A stretch of 64,000 nt of DNA, taken from the IMG/VR virus record IMGVR_UViG_3300011885_000055, one strand, 5' to 3'. Made by a program: the position numbers and the translations under genes. This document shows positions 51,377-61,532 of this stretch, one piece after another. Within the stretch, counting starts at the first letter, position 1. Every line of letters starts with the position of its first letter. This stretch comes from an uncultured virus (IMG/VR IMGVR_UViG_3300011885_000055) (lineage: Duplodnaviria > Heunggongvirae > Uroviricota > Caudoviricetes). The notes under the pieces were generated by a model that ran no database searches, was not told the origin of the DNA, and worked only from the letters and a program-made list of their open reading frames with translations.

Positions 51377-52120
51377 TTATTTTCCCTCCAAATTTTTTAT
51401 TTTAAATGCTGCCATTAATTTTTCAGCATTTGTCTTTTGAGTTATTAATTGCTCTGGTACTTTTATTTCTTGTCTTAAACTCTCCATTTGTTGCTTTATA
51501 GCTTTATTTAATCTTTGTTGTGCCTTTGATATATTTTCATTCTCTTTTCCTGCTATTTCATCACATAATCCATATTGCAAACATTGTTCAGCATTTAGCC
51601 ATGTTTGATTATCAAGCAGCTGATTTAATGTTTCTCCTGAAAGTTTATCTCCTGCTTTAGCTAAATAACTTGAGCAACTTGCTTTGTCTATTACTTCAAC
51701 ATCATTAGCTGCTTTTCTAAGTTCTTCAGCATTGCCCCAGGCTCCCATTGATGCATGATGTATCATCATTAATGTGTTATTACCCATAATTACTTTGTCA
51801 CCTACCATGGCAATAACTGATGCTATAGAACAAGCAAATCCATCCACATATACTATCTTTTGTGCTGAATGCCTTTTTAATTGATTATAAATTGCTAACC
51901 CTTCTTTTACTTCTCCACCATAAGAATTTATAAATATATTTATTTGAGAAATATCTTTAGAGTTTTCTAATTGCTTTTGAATATAATTTGCTGATGTTTG
52001 ACTTTCTATTTTTTCATCTGTCCACCAATCGTAACTATCACCTTCTACATAGTCATAAATATATAAGTCTAGTGCATTAGGTTCTGTAGATTGTTTTATG
52101 AAATATATTGCTTTATTCAT
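51377..52120 (-). CDS. ClpP-like head maturation protease
   Basis: INSYGGEV, DGFACSIASVI, MMIHHA, TWLNAEQC..YGLCD. Confidence 0.9.
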   Translation of the reverse strand: MNKAIYFIKQSTEPNALDLYIYDYVEGDSYDWWTDEKIESQTSANYIQKQLENSKDISQINIFINSYGGEVKEGLAIYNQLKRHSAQKIVYVDGFACSIASVIAMVGDKVIMGNNTLMMIHHASMGAWGNAEELRKAANDVEVIDKASCSSYLAKAGDKLSGETLNQLLDNQTWLNAEQCLQYGLCDEIAGKENENISKAQQRLNKAIKQQMESLRQEIKVPEQLITQKTNAEKLMAAFKIKNLEGK

Positions 52121-53273
52121 CCTTCTCACCTCCTTCCATATCTTCTATAACATTGATATCTGAATAATTCTTTGTAATCCAATGCTTCTCACTCCAATCT
52201 GTTTTTAATAATGTATCTTTAAGCTTCTTTCTTAGTTCATCAATGCTATACATACCACTAGCTATTAACTTATCTACCTTTTCAGCTATAGCAAAAATAT
52301 CTATGTGTTTTATACAAGTTGTATCAATTCTTAAGTAAGATCCTTTAAAATAAGCTTTTTTTCCATATCTCTTACGATTAATTTCTTCACATATCATATC
52401 CACTAGTGGATCTATACAAAATGTTAAAAAATTATTTGTAATCTTTTCTATGTCAGCAATATCTCCTCTTAGAAGTGCCGGTGGTATTTTAAAGGCTTGA
52501 GCTGCTCTTTCAAAAGCTTCTTTAATTAAACTTTGAATATCCACCATTTCACTAGTGGATTTCTTGCTTCCTTCTCCATTTTTCTCCTCATACTCAACAC
52601 CTTTAGGTAAATCAACTATTGCATTTTCTGATTCAAAATAAGTCTTAAACTTTCTTGTAAATAAATCTTCAATTTCCTTTTTCTTTTTCTCATCACCTTT
52701 TGCAATTGCATCTAACTTAACTACACCTTTTCTTCCACCAGAACGTTTATATTTCCCTGTGGCCATTTGTAGCAAGTTATTATATCCTGACATTAGATTA
52801 GATAGTAAAACCCTCACATCTTTGTTATTTAACTTAAAATAAAGTACCTCACTCATCATGAATCTCTTCCCGAAAGTAAAATCTTTTCTAGTTACATTAT
52901 CAAAGTAATTTTCATTTATCGCATTCTCATGCTGTTCAAAGCTATCTGCAATGATTAACTGACCTTTTACTTCTACAATTAAACATTCATTTTTGAATAG
53001 TAGTTTAGATACAAACTCCTGGATAAACTCACTTGAATTTTGATTTGTATTAGGTTCAATATTCCACAAATAATATTCATCTTGTATTACTTCATTGTTG
53101 TTTAAATATGTCTTAAATTCACATTTAGAAATACACCCAGCTATTAGATTTATTGCTGTATTAATAGCAAAATCTTCTACTGCAAGTTTAGTAGCATCAC
53201 TATATATTTTTTCATTCAGGTATACCGTGTCTTTTGTTCCAAACATATCTCGTAAAAACTCTATTATTTTCAA
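52113..53273 (-). CDS. Portal protein (HK97 family)
   Basis: WNIEPNTNQNSSEF, AFKIPPALLRG, FCIDPL; likely start TTG 53273. Confidence 0.9.
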   Translation of the reverse strand: MKIIEFLRDMFGTKDTVYLNEKIYSDATKLAVEDFAINTAINLIAGCISKCEFKTYLNNNEVIQDEYYLWNIEPNTNQNSSEFIQEFVSKLLFKNECLIVEVKGQLIIADSFEQHENAINENYFDNVTRKDFTFGKRFMMSEVLYFKLNNKDVRVLLSNLMSGYNNLLQMATGKYKRSGGRKGVVKLDAIAKGDEKKKKEIEDLFTRKFKTYFESENAIVDLPKGVEYEEKNGEGSKKSTSEMVDIQSLIKEAFERAAQAFKIPPALLRGDIADIEKITNNFLTFCIDPLVDMICEEINRKRYGKKAYFKGSYLRIDTTCIKHIDIFAIAEKVDKLIASGMYSIDELRKKLKDTLLKTDWSEKHWITKNYSDINVIEDMEGGEKDE

Positions 53274-53322
53274 ATTCTCACCCCCTTTCAGGGCAAAATA
53301 AAAAGCCTTATTTCTAAAGCTT

Positions 53323-55005
53323 CTAATACGTGTAAACACCTAAGTCTAAATCATCTATACTTATTCTTTCACCACTATCCTCCAAGTCTGTACTTCCACA
53401 CATTGCTGCAATAAATGCTTTAAATCCATCTGTTTTACGACTTTTAGGTTCTATCTTCCCATAGGTTATGTTTCCTGCTTGAGAAGTTATCATACAAGTA
53501 TTATTTGTATACCACCTCATAAGTGGATTATCTCCCCAAACAATATTATGATTAACAAATGCACTTGTTATTACTGGAGCTATCAGCATTTCATTACTTG
53601 GTCTAGTTAGTCTTATATTATTAGCTCCTTTTTTATCTGTATCAAATCCAGCATCTCTAAGTGCTTTCGCTAGTAATGTATACCTATAATTATCCATCCA
53701 CATTGTAGTTACATTGTATTTTTGAGCTTGTTCTGCTAGCCACCTGGCTGGAATATCCGGTGGGATCTCTGGTCCACTTATGAAAGTTAGAAATTTAGCT
53801 TCCTCCCATTCTCTCAATGGAGCTTTTATTCTACCTAAATCATTACTACTTTCACATACCCACGAATGAGAAATCCATATATACTTCCCGTTATATTTAA
53901 AAAGTAACCCAGCACAAAGAAAATCTGTTGTTTTCATATAGTCTATACCTGCTATACAAGTGCATCCCGTTAAATCAGGAATATCTTGATTTGTTGCAAG
54001 AATGTTTTCCCATGAAGTAACTTCTACATCTTTATTTCCTTTAGGAATATTCATTCTTTTGGTCATAAAAGCTGAGTTGCTAATAGGATCATCTTTGTAG
54101 TTTATATATTCTTTTTTCATTTCTGCTTGTAGATGTGGAAAATGATGCAATGACGGATTAGCTTTATCCCACATTTTAGGCTTATCAACTTCCTTTTCAT
54201 CATCTAACTTACAAATAAACGGCAGCATTCCATTATCATCTATAGCACCATTAAGTATTTGTTCTGACCTGGCTATTAATTTATCCAGTGGCCCATCTCT
54301 TACGTCTCCATTGGTAGTTGTTATAGTTGTCCTTGGGTCTGCTTTTTTACCTAATCCAGTTAAAAATACATTTATAGTTTTATAATCTTCATACTGGTGG
54401 TATTCATCAAAATCTACTTTACCCTGCCTTCCACCATCTTTGGTTTTAGCATTACTAGTTCTAAATCTTAACTCACTACCAGTCTTTTTATTTTTTATTA
54501 CTTCTTTATTCCATGTAAAATGCTTTTCTAGCTTTGTTTTGTTTTCTTCTAAAACATCATAAACATCATTAAAACTAGTCATAGCCTGTTCTTCACTGTT
54601 AGCACATATATCAATATGATATTTTTTAACTTTGTTGTATTGACTTATAAGACAAAAATCTTCAAATGCTAAATAACCATTCTTTCCAGCTCCACGACCT
54701 ACCAAAATAAATAAGTCTGGCCACCTTAATATACCCGGTTTTGAATAAGTACAATTATGAAGTGTAAAGCAAAATACTTCCCATTCTAATAATTCAAATG
54801 GAAAGTATTTTTGTAATCCTAAATACTTTTTAAGTTGTTCTTCATCAATAAATAAATTTTCATCATTAAAGCACTTTTCAACATAGTCACATAATAAAAG
54901 CTGCTCCTTACAAACTTCTATGACACCACTTCTACCTAAATCTATATAATCCTGAATCTCTGGTATTAGCTTCTTATAACTCGTCATCGTCATCACTCTT
55001 AGCAT
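53323..55005 (-). CDS. terL: Terminase large subunit
   Basis: Walker A GRGAGKNG, Walker B FDEYH, WDKANPSL, GIDY, RKTDGF. Confidence 0.93.
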   Translation of the reverse strand: MLRVMTMTSYKKLIPEIQDYIDLGRSGVIEVCKEQLLLCDYVEKCFNDENLFIDEEQLKKYLGLQKYFPFELLEWEVFCFTLHNCTYSKPGILRWPDLFILVGRGAGKNGYLAFEDFCLISQYNKVKKYHIDICANSEEQAMTSFNDVYDVLEENKTKLEKHFTWNKEVIKNKKTGSELRFRTSNAKTKDGGRQGKVDFDEYHQYEDYKTINVFLTGLGKKADPRTTITTTNGDVRDGPLDKLIARSEQILNGAIDDNGMLPFICKLDDEKEVDKPKMWDKANPSLHHFPHLQAEMKKEYINYKDDPISNSAFMTKRMNIPKGNKDVEVTSWENILATNQDIPDLTGCTCIAGIDYMKTTDFLCAGLLFKYNGKYIWISHSWVCESSNDLGRIKAPLREWEEAKFLTFISGPEIPPDIPARWLAEQAQKYNVTTMWMDNYRYTLLAKALRDAGFDTDKKGANNIRLTRPSNEMLIAPVITSAFVNHNIVWGDNPLMRWYTNNTCMITSQAGNITYGKIEPKSRKTDGFKAFIAAMCGSTDLEDSGERISIDDLDLGVYTY

Positions 55006-55282
55006 TCTTAGTTGTTAATTGTAATTCCTTTAATATCGCTAGTTTCTGCTTATTGTACATTATTGCATTTTTAATGGAGGGATTATCTTTTTCATATTCA
55101 TATCCCTGGCTAGATGTAGTTTTATAACTTCTTCCACGTTCTTTTATATCCTTTTGCATAGCTTTTTCTTGATTAAAATACCAAATATAATCATCAATTA
55201 ACCCTAAAAAATGTTCTACATTTGCTCCTTTATCTTTAAGCTGCTTTATTAAAGAGTCCTTTATTTTTCTAGCATTTGCCAT
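54974..55282 (-). CDS. terS: Terminase small subunit (P27 family)
   Basis: IKDSLIKQL...LIDDY...DIKERG...KDNPSI...NKQKLAILKEL; upstream of terL. Confidence 0.8.
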   Translation of the reverse strand: MANARKIKDSLIKQLKDKGANVEHFLGLIDDYIWYFNQEKAMQKDIKERGRSYKTTSSQGYEYEKDNPSIKNAIMYNKQKLAILKELQLTTKNAKSDDDDEL

Positions 55283-55411
55283 ATTTTTAAATCCCTCCTT
55301 TTTTTCTGTTTTTTTATTTTTTTCTCACACGCGTAGGTGAGTTGTTTTGTCTTGAATCTCTCCCCGGTCTCTTAAATGCTATAGTTTTTTCGTTTTTTTA
55401 ACCAGGGGGTA

Positions 55412-55732
55412 TTACCATTTTTCCTCATTTAACTGTAGTTTCGGTTTATTTTTATGATGTATTTCAAAGTGACAATTATCACATAGTGCCATTAGGTTGC
55501 TATCTGTTAAAGCTAATTCAGGATGCTTTCGTAAGTACTTAATGTGATGCACTGTATCAGCTTTACTATATAAACCTTTTGCTTTACACACCTGACATTC
55601 ATTATTCTGTTGGTATAATATCTCTAACCTTTTATGCTTCCATGGTGTTGACACATAAAAGCCATGAACATTATTATTCCTTATAAATGTATTAACCCAT
55701 TGTACTAGCTCGGTAGTATCCATTTCTTTCAT
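55412..55732 (-). CDS. HNH endonuclease (cos-packaging associated)
   Basis: FY.STPW...CQVC...VHHIK...NLMALCDNCHFEIH. Confidence 0.9.
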   Translation of the reverse strand: MKEMDTTELVQWVNTFIRNNNVHGFYVSTPWKHKRLEILYQQNNECQVCKAKGLYSKADTVHHIKYLRKHPELALTDSNLMALCDNCHFEIHHKNKPKLQLNEEKW

Positions 55733-55950
55733 CTTTGCTCTATAGCTCCTCTAGAATTTCTCTTATACTTTCTAGCCTTCATGACTTCTCTTAGGTCGTC
55801 TGTTGCAAGTTCTTTTCTTACGCATCTAGCTCCACAATATGGGCAAGCTATGTACTTACCACTATTGACCGCATTTCTCAAATCAGAGTTTAATAATATA
55901 AATCCCCTATTGCAACCTCTGCATGCATAACTAGCATATATAGCTTCTAT
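55729..55950 (-). CDS. Zinc-ribbon protein with ATA start (73 aa, not in the ORF track)
   Basis: RBS AGGTGGTGA then ATA GAA GCT; CRGC...CPYC; stop overlaps the HNH start (ATGA). Confidence 0.65.
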   Translation of the reverse strand: MEAIYASYACRGCNRGFILLNSDLRNAVNSGKYIACPYCGARCVRKELATDDLREVMKARKYKRNSRGAIEQR

Positions 55951-56080
55951 ACTATCACCACCTTATAAACATAAAAGAAGAAGGCATCCAGCTTCTAACT
56001 GAATACCTTCTTCCTAATCATGGAGGACTAACCAAATCTTTATAATATTATATTACTATTGATTTTTACATCCTTCAATG

Positions 56081-56105
56081 GCATGTTTTGTGCACGTTTT
56101 GTGCA
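56081..56105. promoter_or_regulatory. Tandem repeat GTTTTGTGCA x2; candidate late-activator binding site
   Basis: Copies at 56085-56094 and 56096-56105, 11-bp period, upstream of a TATAAT and the packaging operon. Confidence 0.5.
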
Positions 56106-56231
56106 TTTAGTTTTTAATTATTATATATGTTTCCTTCTTGTTTTCAAATCCATATAGATATTTAAGTGAATTTAAAGGATATTTCTTTGAATTACCATAA
56201 TAATATTAATAAACCTTATTACTTTTTATAA

Positions 56232-56714
56232 TTAATATCCTACATCATACGGATATAATGTTATCGTTTTACTCTGTGACCCTGATAATACAGAAGTTGC
56301 TTTCGTCACAACTTCACATGAATACCTTGATTTTGATTTTACTGAAACAGAACCTGTAGTTCCAGGAACAGTACTATAAGACGTAACTTTTACATCTTTA
56401 TCAGGATCTATATATACGTCTACACCAATATATCTTAATTTATTACCTCTAGAATCAACTTCCCAATTTTCAGCACGTACAGTTGGTATAGAAATCTTAG
56501 CTGTTCCCACAGTTATATTAAATAATTTAATATTTATTGTTGGAGTAGTATCGTATCTATGATAAAATTTTTTAGTATAAACTGCTCCTCTAGTTGAAAT
56601 TTCTGTACTATTATCACTAATATCAGCAGCGAAAGCTGGTGTACAAGTTAATATTGAAAAAGCTGTTAAAATCAAACAGATTATCTTATTAAATTTTTTA
56701 TTAATTTTTCTCAT
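56232..56714 (-). CDS. Secreted hypothetical protein (moron)
   Basis: Sec signal peptide MRKINKKFNKIICLILTAFSILTCTPAFA; AT-rich flanks. Confidence 0.65.
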   Translation of the reverse strand: MRKINKKFNKIICLILTAFSILTCTPAFAADISDNSTEISTRGAVYTKKFYHRYDTTPTINIKLFNITVGTAKISIPTVRAENWEVDSRGNKLRYIGVDVYIDPDKDVKVTSYSTVPGTTGSVSVKSKSRYSCEVVTKATSVLSGSQSKTITLYPYDVGY

Positions 56715-56930
56715 GAATTATCCCCCTTTAATAATTATCTGAAAATTCTTTTTAAAGTTGCAACAATAGCTCCTATTATAAGAAAAAGAATAAGTAACAT
56801 TATAAAAGTATCCAAAATATCCCCTCCAAATTTCTAAAATATCCACATTATAGTACTTCTACTTCAATATAAAAATACCTTCTTTTTTCATCAATAAAAT
56901 AATCTCTTTATAGATAAAGACTTATATAAC

Positions 56931-57488
56931 CTAAATATTAAACTCTCTTATACTCTCAGGAAAAAGAATTGTTTTCATAGTATTTATAAGCCTACTTTTA
57001 TTCCTTGTTATGGTACTTCTATCCCTATCAAGCTTCTCTGCGATTCTTTCTTCGTTGTATCGTTCCCCATGATCTGACAAATACTTAAGCTTTATTATTG
57101 GATAATATCTATCATTTTTAATCTTATCTAATGCATTTTCTATCCTTTTAATTTCTCTTAATGTCTCAAGCTTCTCCAACTCGTACTTTTCTATTAAGTT
57201 CATATATCTATCTTGTCCACTAATATTTCCTCCTGAGGTTTGATAAACTACAATTGAACCGCTCTTTTGAGGAAGTCCATGGTCTTTTATATATTTAATA
57301 TCTTCATCCTTTTGTTTAAGTGCAGCTTTTAAATTATTATAGTTATATAACAATAATTCAACTTTTTTAAAATAACTCATTTCATTCTTAATCATCTTCG
57401 AGTTCCTAAGCTCCTGGATAACTTCCTTCGCTGTTTCCTTTGCTGTTTTCGCTATTGCATCTTCAATATTTACTGTCTTATTACCCAT
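56931..57488 (-). CDS. ArpU/RinA-like late transcriptional regulator
   Basis: IENALDKI...IIKLKY...IAEKLDRDRSTITRNKSRLI C-terminal HTH; position before the packaging genes. Confidence 0.7.
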   Translation of the reverse strand: MGNKTVNIEDAIAKTAKETAKEVIQELRNSKMIKNEMSYFKKVELLLYNYNNLKAALKQKDEDIKYIKDHGLPQKSGSIVVYQTSGGNISGQDRYMNLIEKYELEKLETLREIKRIENALDKIKNDRYYPIIKLKYLSDHGERYNEERIAEKLDRDRSTITRNKSRLINTMKTILFPESIREFNI

Positions 57489-57489
57489 A

Positions 57490-58014
57490 TTAATTTCCTC
57501 CCCCGTGTATATAATTTAAGAAAAGTACATTACCATTAAAATCAATCTTATATTTTTGAACATCCTCTATACTTACATATTGCCTACCATATATCTTTTT
57601 CATATCTCTCCATACTTCCCATGGTATAAAAAAGAAATCATCTTTTATTCCTATGCATACTGCTGATAGAGCTCCTAGCTCCATGTGATAATTCAATGAC
57701 TCCATTTGTTCTTTAGTTAGCACTTTTCTTTGCATTTTATCTGTCCTTGTATACTTAGCTTCAAACACTATAGAACGACCACCTTTTAAAGTACCTTGAA
57801 AATCAGGTTCAGCATGTGAAGTAAAGTATCCATAGAAGCTTCCATCATTATTTTTTCTTTTCACTCTAAATGGCTCAGGCATCTTGTCCACTTTTGCTAT
57901 ACCCCTATTTTTATAATACTCACAAGCTCCTTCTATATATTTTTCAAAGGAAAGTCCCCTTGCATTATTAATACCATTCCTATAGCTTTCCAGTAACTTC
58001 TTATCTTCCATCAC
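57490..58014 (-). CDS. recU: Holliday junction resolvase, RecU family
   Basis: RGLSFE...KMPEP...PDFQG...IVFEAKYT...LTKEQ. Confidence 0.8.
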   Translation of the reverse strand: MMEDKKLLESYRNGINNARGLSFEKYIEGACEYYKNRGIAKVDKMPEPFRVKRKNNDGSFYGYFTSHAEPDFQGTLKGGRSIVFEAKYTRTDKMQRKVLTKEQMESLNYHMELGALSAVCIGIKDDFFFIPWEVWRDMKKIYGRQYVSIEDVQKYKIDFNGNVLFLNYIHGGGN

Positions 58015-58289
58015 TATCTCTCCCTTACTCCAACTAACTTAAATTCATCTGAGATAATGCGTACAATGTACACACTATCTCCTACTTTTAATGAATTATA
58101 TATTTCTGGTCTATGGTCTATCTCTAATAAAAATTTGCCATCCTGAACTCTATCAAAGTTTCTTTTTATACAATAAACCTTATATCCCATAGCTCTATCC
58201 CCTTTTATAATTTTTATATAGTGTTAATACTAGTAGCATATTGAATATTAAAATTCCTAATATTGCTCTTATTAGCCACTTCATACTTC

Positions 58290-59306
58290 CTACAACCTTT
58301 CTTGCATTTTAGAAACTAATGTTTTTGTAGCAATAATATATTTATCTTTAACTTCTTCAGGCAGTTCACTTAATATTGAAAATAGGTCATTAAAATTCTT
58401 TACAAGAATATCAAAGTTAACTTTGAACTTACTAGTTATTTCTCCTAAACTAACTTTCTCTCTAAGTTTCTTTAACTCATTCTCTACTTCTTCTGGTACT
58501 TTTTCTATTGTTTCTACATCAACAGGCTTTTCTTTTAACTTTTCTTCTAGCTCCTGAATTTGTTGTAAGTAGTTATTTTCTTCATTCTGTTTTTTATTAA
58601 GTTCAGTTTGTAATCTCTCAATTTCTTCATTATCTCCACTTCCTTTAGCTTCTTTTAACTGCTTCTTTATATCTTTAATAGACTTATTAAGCTTATTAGC
58701 CTCTAACTTAGTTCCTTCTCGTTCTCTCTCCAAAATGTCCTGAAGCTTATCTATATTCTCTTTGCTAACCTTTAAAGATTCTTCCTTAACCCTTATATCC
58801 GATTCAAGGATTGCTTTCTCTTGTTCTATTTTCTGAGCTTTTTCTTTAAGATCCTTAGCTAGTTTAAGAGCTTCTTCTTTTTCCTTCTCAGCTTTTTCTT
58901 TAGCCTTAATTACCTGCTGCAATTCTCTACTAGACATATCTTCTACATTATTTTCTTTTATAAAAGCTTCTCTTTCCTCTATATCTGGTATTCCTAAAAG
59001 TGCTACTGCTTGGCTATAGCTCAAATTCGCAAACGCTTGCGAATTTGAAGCTCCAAACAAACTAATTTGATTAGACCCATACTCCTCAAAAATCCTCATT
59101 AAGTTATTGGCCGTTCTTTGAGAATAGTTAACTGATTCTTCTAACCATCTTCCCCATTGTCCATGCTGAATAATACTTTTAGCTTCTACTAGCCTTCTAC
59201 CAATTTCAATAGAATTATTTAATACCATTATTCTAGTTTGTTCTTTTATATTATTTATTTCTGCTGCTATAACTTCTATGTCTCTTATGTTTACTAATTC
59301 ATTCAT
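58290..59306 (-). CDS. DUF3102 domain coiled-coil protein
   Basis: IEIGRRLVEAK...HGQWGRWLEE.V.YSQRTANNLM. Confidence 0.85.
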   Translation of the reverse strand: MNELVNIRDIEVIAAEINNIKEQTRIMVLNNSIEIGRRLVEAKSIIQHGQWGRWLEESVNYSQRTANNLMRIFEEYGSNQISLFGASNSQAFANLSYSQAVALLGIPDIEEREAFIKENNVEDMSSRELQQVIKAKEKAEKEKEEALKLAKDLKEKAQKIEQEKAILESDIRVKEESLKVSKENIDKLQDILEREREGTKLEANKLNKSIKDIKKQLKEAKGSGDNEEIERLQTELNKKQNEENNYLQQIQELEEKLKEKPVDVETIEKVPEEVENELKKLREKVSLGEITSKFKVNFDILVKNFNDLFSILSELPEEVKDKYIIATKTLVSKMQERL

Positions 59307-59318
59307 CTTTTACTCCCC

Positions 59319-60869
59319 CTATGCTGTTAACTTCACTTTTTTATTTTTAAGTCTTTCCATTTCAAACAACTCTATAAATTCAGCCACTTCATTTTTAGGA
59401 TTGCAGTTACGCTTCCCATGGACTTGTTTTATACTATTGTCCTTAACTTCAACTGTAAAAAATGGCTCATTAGGTTTATTCTTATATCTAATTACCAATA
59501 TGTTAGTTTCCCCACTAGCATATTTTCTTGAATAACCACCAACACAGTGATTCAATGCTTTTCCTTCATCAATTAGCTCTAGTGAACTCGTTACTGGTCT
59601 TATGAATAACTCTTTATATTCAAAACAATATAATTTGTTTAGTTCATCTAATCTCTTCTCTATTTTTTTATTAAGAGCCTTGTCCTCTTTATACTTAATT
59701 TGCCTTATGGTATTTTGATGAGCTATTACAACATCTTTAGGGAACAGAACATCTTCCTTATTTAAATCCATTTTTAATTTTTTACAGTCTTCTATATAAT
59801 CACGCCATGTGATTATTAATGAGCCATTATTACTTTTTCCCTTTTGCTTTTGTTTTGCCAAATACTTATATGCTTTTTTTGTGTTGCAGTATTCCAATAT
59901 TTCTTCTAATTTTTCATACCCATATGAATCTGATATAGCTCTCTCTATCACTTTCACTTCATGAGGTCCTAAATTACTGTTATCTCTTATTGCTCTTTGA
60001 TATAACTTTAAAAACAATGGTGATATGAATACCTTGGATTCTCTTATATCCTTTAAATCTTTCTTTCCTATTTTCAGCATCTTATATATAGTTTTTCCTC
60101 TCCAATTTATACACCTCATCATGTTTTCACCATGAATTTTACATCTTATTAATTCTTTCATACCTACTTTTGTTAATGACTCAATAAGCGGATACTTTGT
60201 GTATAATTCAAAGAAACTCAACATATCACTACCAACATATTCTTCCCACATACTATATTTAAAAGGAGTATTCTTTACAGCTTTATCAATACTGTTATAG
60301 CTAATGCTATATGGATAATTTGCTAGTGAATTAATATTAAAACTATATATACTCTTAGCTTTTTCCCACCTCTCACCATAATAGTAACTAAACAATCTAA
60401 CTGCCATTTCTGCCGAACCTGGTTTAAATACATATACAGCTTCTTTCAAAAAGCTCGTTTTTACTTTTTTATAATCACCGCCATAATATCTTTCTGCATA
60501 AAATCCATTTGCTACTATAGCATCAGGATCTACTACAGATTTTTCATAATAAATAAAGCAAGCTCTATCAATTAATGATTTTCTTCCATACCTAGTAAGC
60601 TTTACTACACATTCACTACCACACTCTTTACAATGAGTAGTACTATTATGCTTTAGCTTCTCCACTTCATATTCATGGCCACAATGTGTACAATGCCCTA
60701 AATATTTAGTTTCTCTACGTTCAACAAACAAATACCTGCTCTTTAAAAAGACTTTCTCTATAGCATATTCTTTTATTTCATCACTAACATGTTCTTCTGT
60801 ATGCATCAATATATTTTCAATGACTTTTTCTGAATATAGCTTATTATCGTGAGCTCCCATCATGCACAT
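59319..60869 (-). CDS. PcfJ domain protein
   Basis: WRDY...FPKD...H...ELIDEGKALNHCVGGY...PFFTVEV...QVHG. Confidence 0.88.
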   Translation of the reverse strand: MCMMGAHDNKLYSEKVIENILMHTEEHVSDEIKEYAIEKVFLKSRYLFVERRETKYLGHCTHCGHEYEVEKLKHNSTTHCKECGSECVVKLTRYGRKSLIDRACFIYYEKSVVDPDAIVANGFYAERYYGGDYKKVKTSFLKEAVYVFKPGSAEMAVRLFSYYYGERWEKAKSIYSFNINSLANYPYSISYNSIDKAVKNTPFKYSMWEEYVGSDMLSFFELYTKYPLIESLTKVGMKELIRCKIHGENMMRCINWRGKTIYKMLKIGKKDLKDIRESKVFISPLFLKLYQRAIRDNSNLGPHEVKVIERAISDSYGYEKLEEILEYCNTKKAYKYLAKQKQKGKSNNGSLIITWRDYIEDCKKLKMDLNKEDVLFPKDVVIAHQNTIRQIKYKEDKALNKKIEKRLDELNKLYCFEYKELFIRPVTSSLELIDEGKALNHCVGGYSRKYASGETNILVIRYKNKPNEPFFTVEVKDNSIKQVHGKRNCNPKNEVAEFIELFEMERLKNKKVKLTA

Positions 60870-60881
60870 AATTTCTCCCCC

Positions 60882-61277
60882 TTACAGATTGTCCAATATA
60901 TCATCTAAATTTATATCTATGCCTTCCAGAGTTGATTTTTCTTTATAATCATTTATGCTTACAACCTTCGTTTCATTATTTTTTATATCTATTTTTTTAT
61001 TTATCCCAAAGTAATCCATAACTATTTTAAATCCTTCTGCATCCTCTATTACTGCACACCCATTTATTGCTCTTTGCTTTGCTACCTTCTTCATTTCATC
61101 TAGGCTTTTCATTATAGTCTTTCCTTCAGTAAGAATTGCTTTGGCTACCTCTTCATTTCCATTAACCTGTTGAATCAAAAACTCACCTATAACTCTTATT
61201 TCCTTCTTATCTTCTTTATCCATTTCTGAATTCAACTTTTCTATTGCCTTATTTATTAACTCTTTATTCTTTTCCAT
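60882..61277 (-). CDS. PcfK-like protein
   Basis: KTIMKSLDEM...A...CAVIEDAEGFKIVMDYF; directly upstream of pcfJ. Confidence 0.6.
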   Translation of the reverse strand: MEKNKELINKAIEKLNSEMDKEDKKEIRVIGEFLIQQVNGNEEVAKAILTEGKTIMKSLDEMKKVAKQRAINGCAVIEDAEGFKIVMDYFGINKKIDIKNNETKVVSINDYKEKSTLEGIDINLDDILDNL

Positions 61278-61315
61278 GATTACCCTCCATAAATATAAAA
61301 TTTAAAATATATAAA

Positions 61316-61513
61316 TTATGCCTTTAACCTTATACACCCTGCTGCAAAATCTTTTAGCATATATGTCTCTACGTAGTTCTTATGTTTAACTACTATAAAG
61401 TTTTGTGTTTCATCTAATACTATTCCTGGCTTTTCAATCCACACTTTAGTCTTTCCTGTTATTCTACCTCGTTCTAGTACTGTTACCTTACTTCCTTTGG
61501 TTAAATTCTCCAT
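61316..61513 (-). CDS. Hypothetical protein
   Basis: Short ORF with AAGGAGG RBS. Confidence 0.55.
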   Translation of the reverse strand: MENLTKGSKVTVLERGRITGKTKVWIEKPGIVLDETQNFIVVKHKNYVETYMLKDFAAGCIRLKA

Positions 61514-61532
61514 GTTAAATCCTCCTTAATTT

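Noticed and set aside
55283..55411. Exact cos site between HNH and terS
   Set aside because: Position and local GC-rich patches fit a cos region, but the cut site cannot be called without virion-end data.
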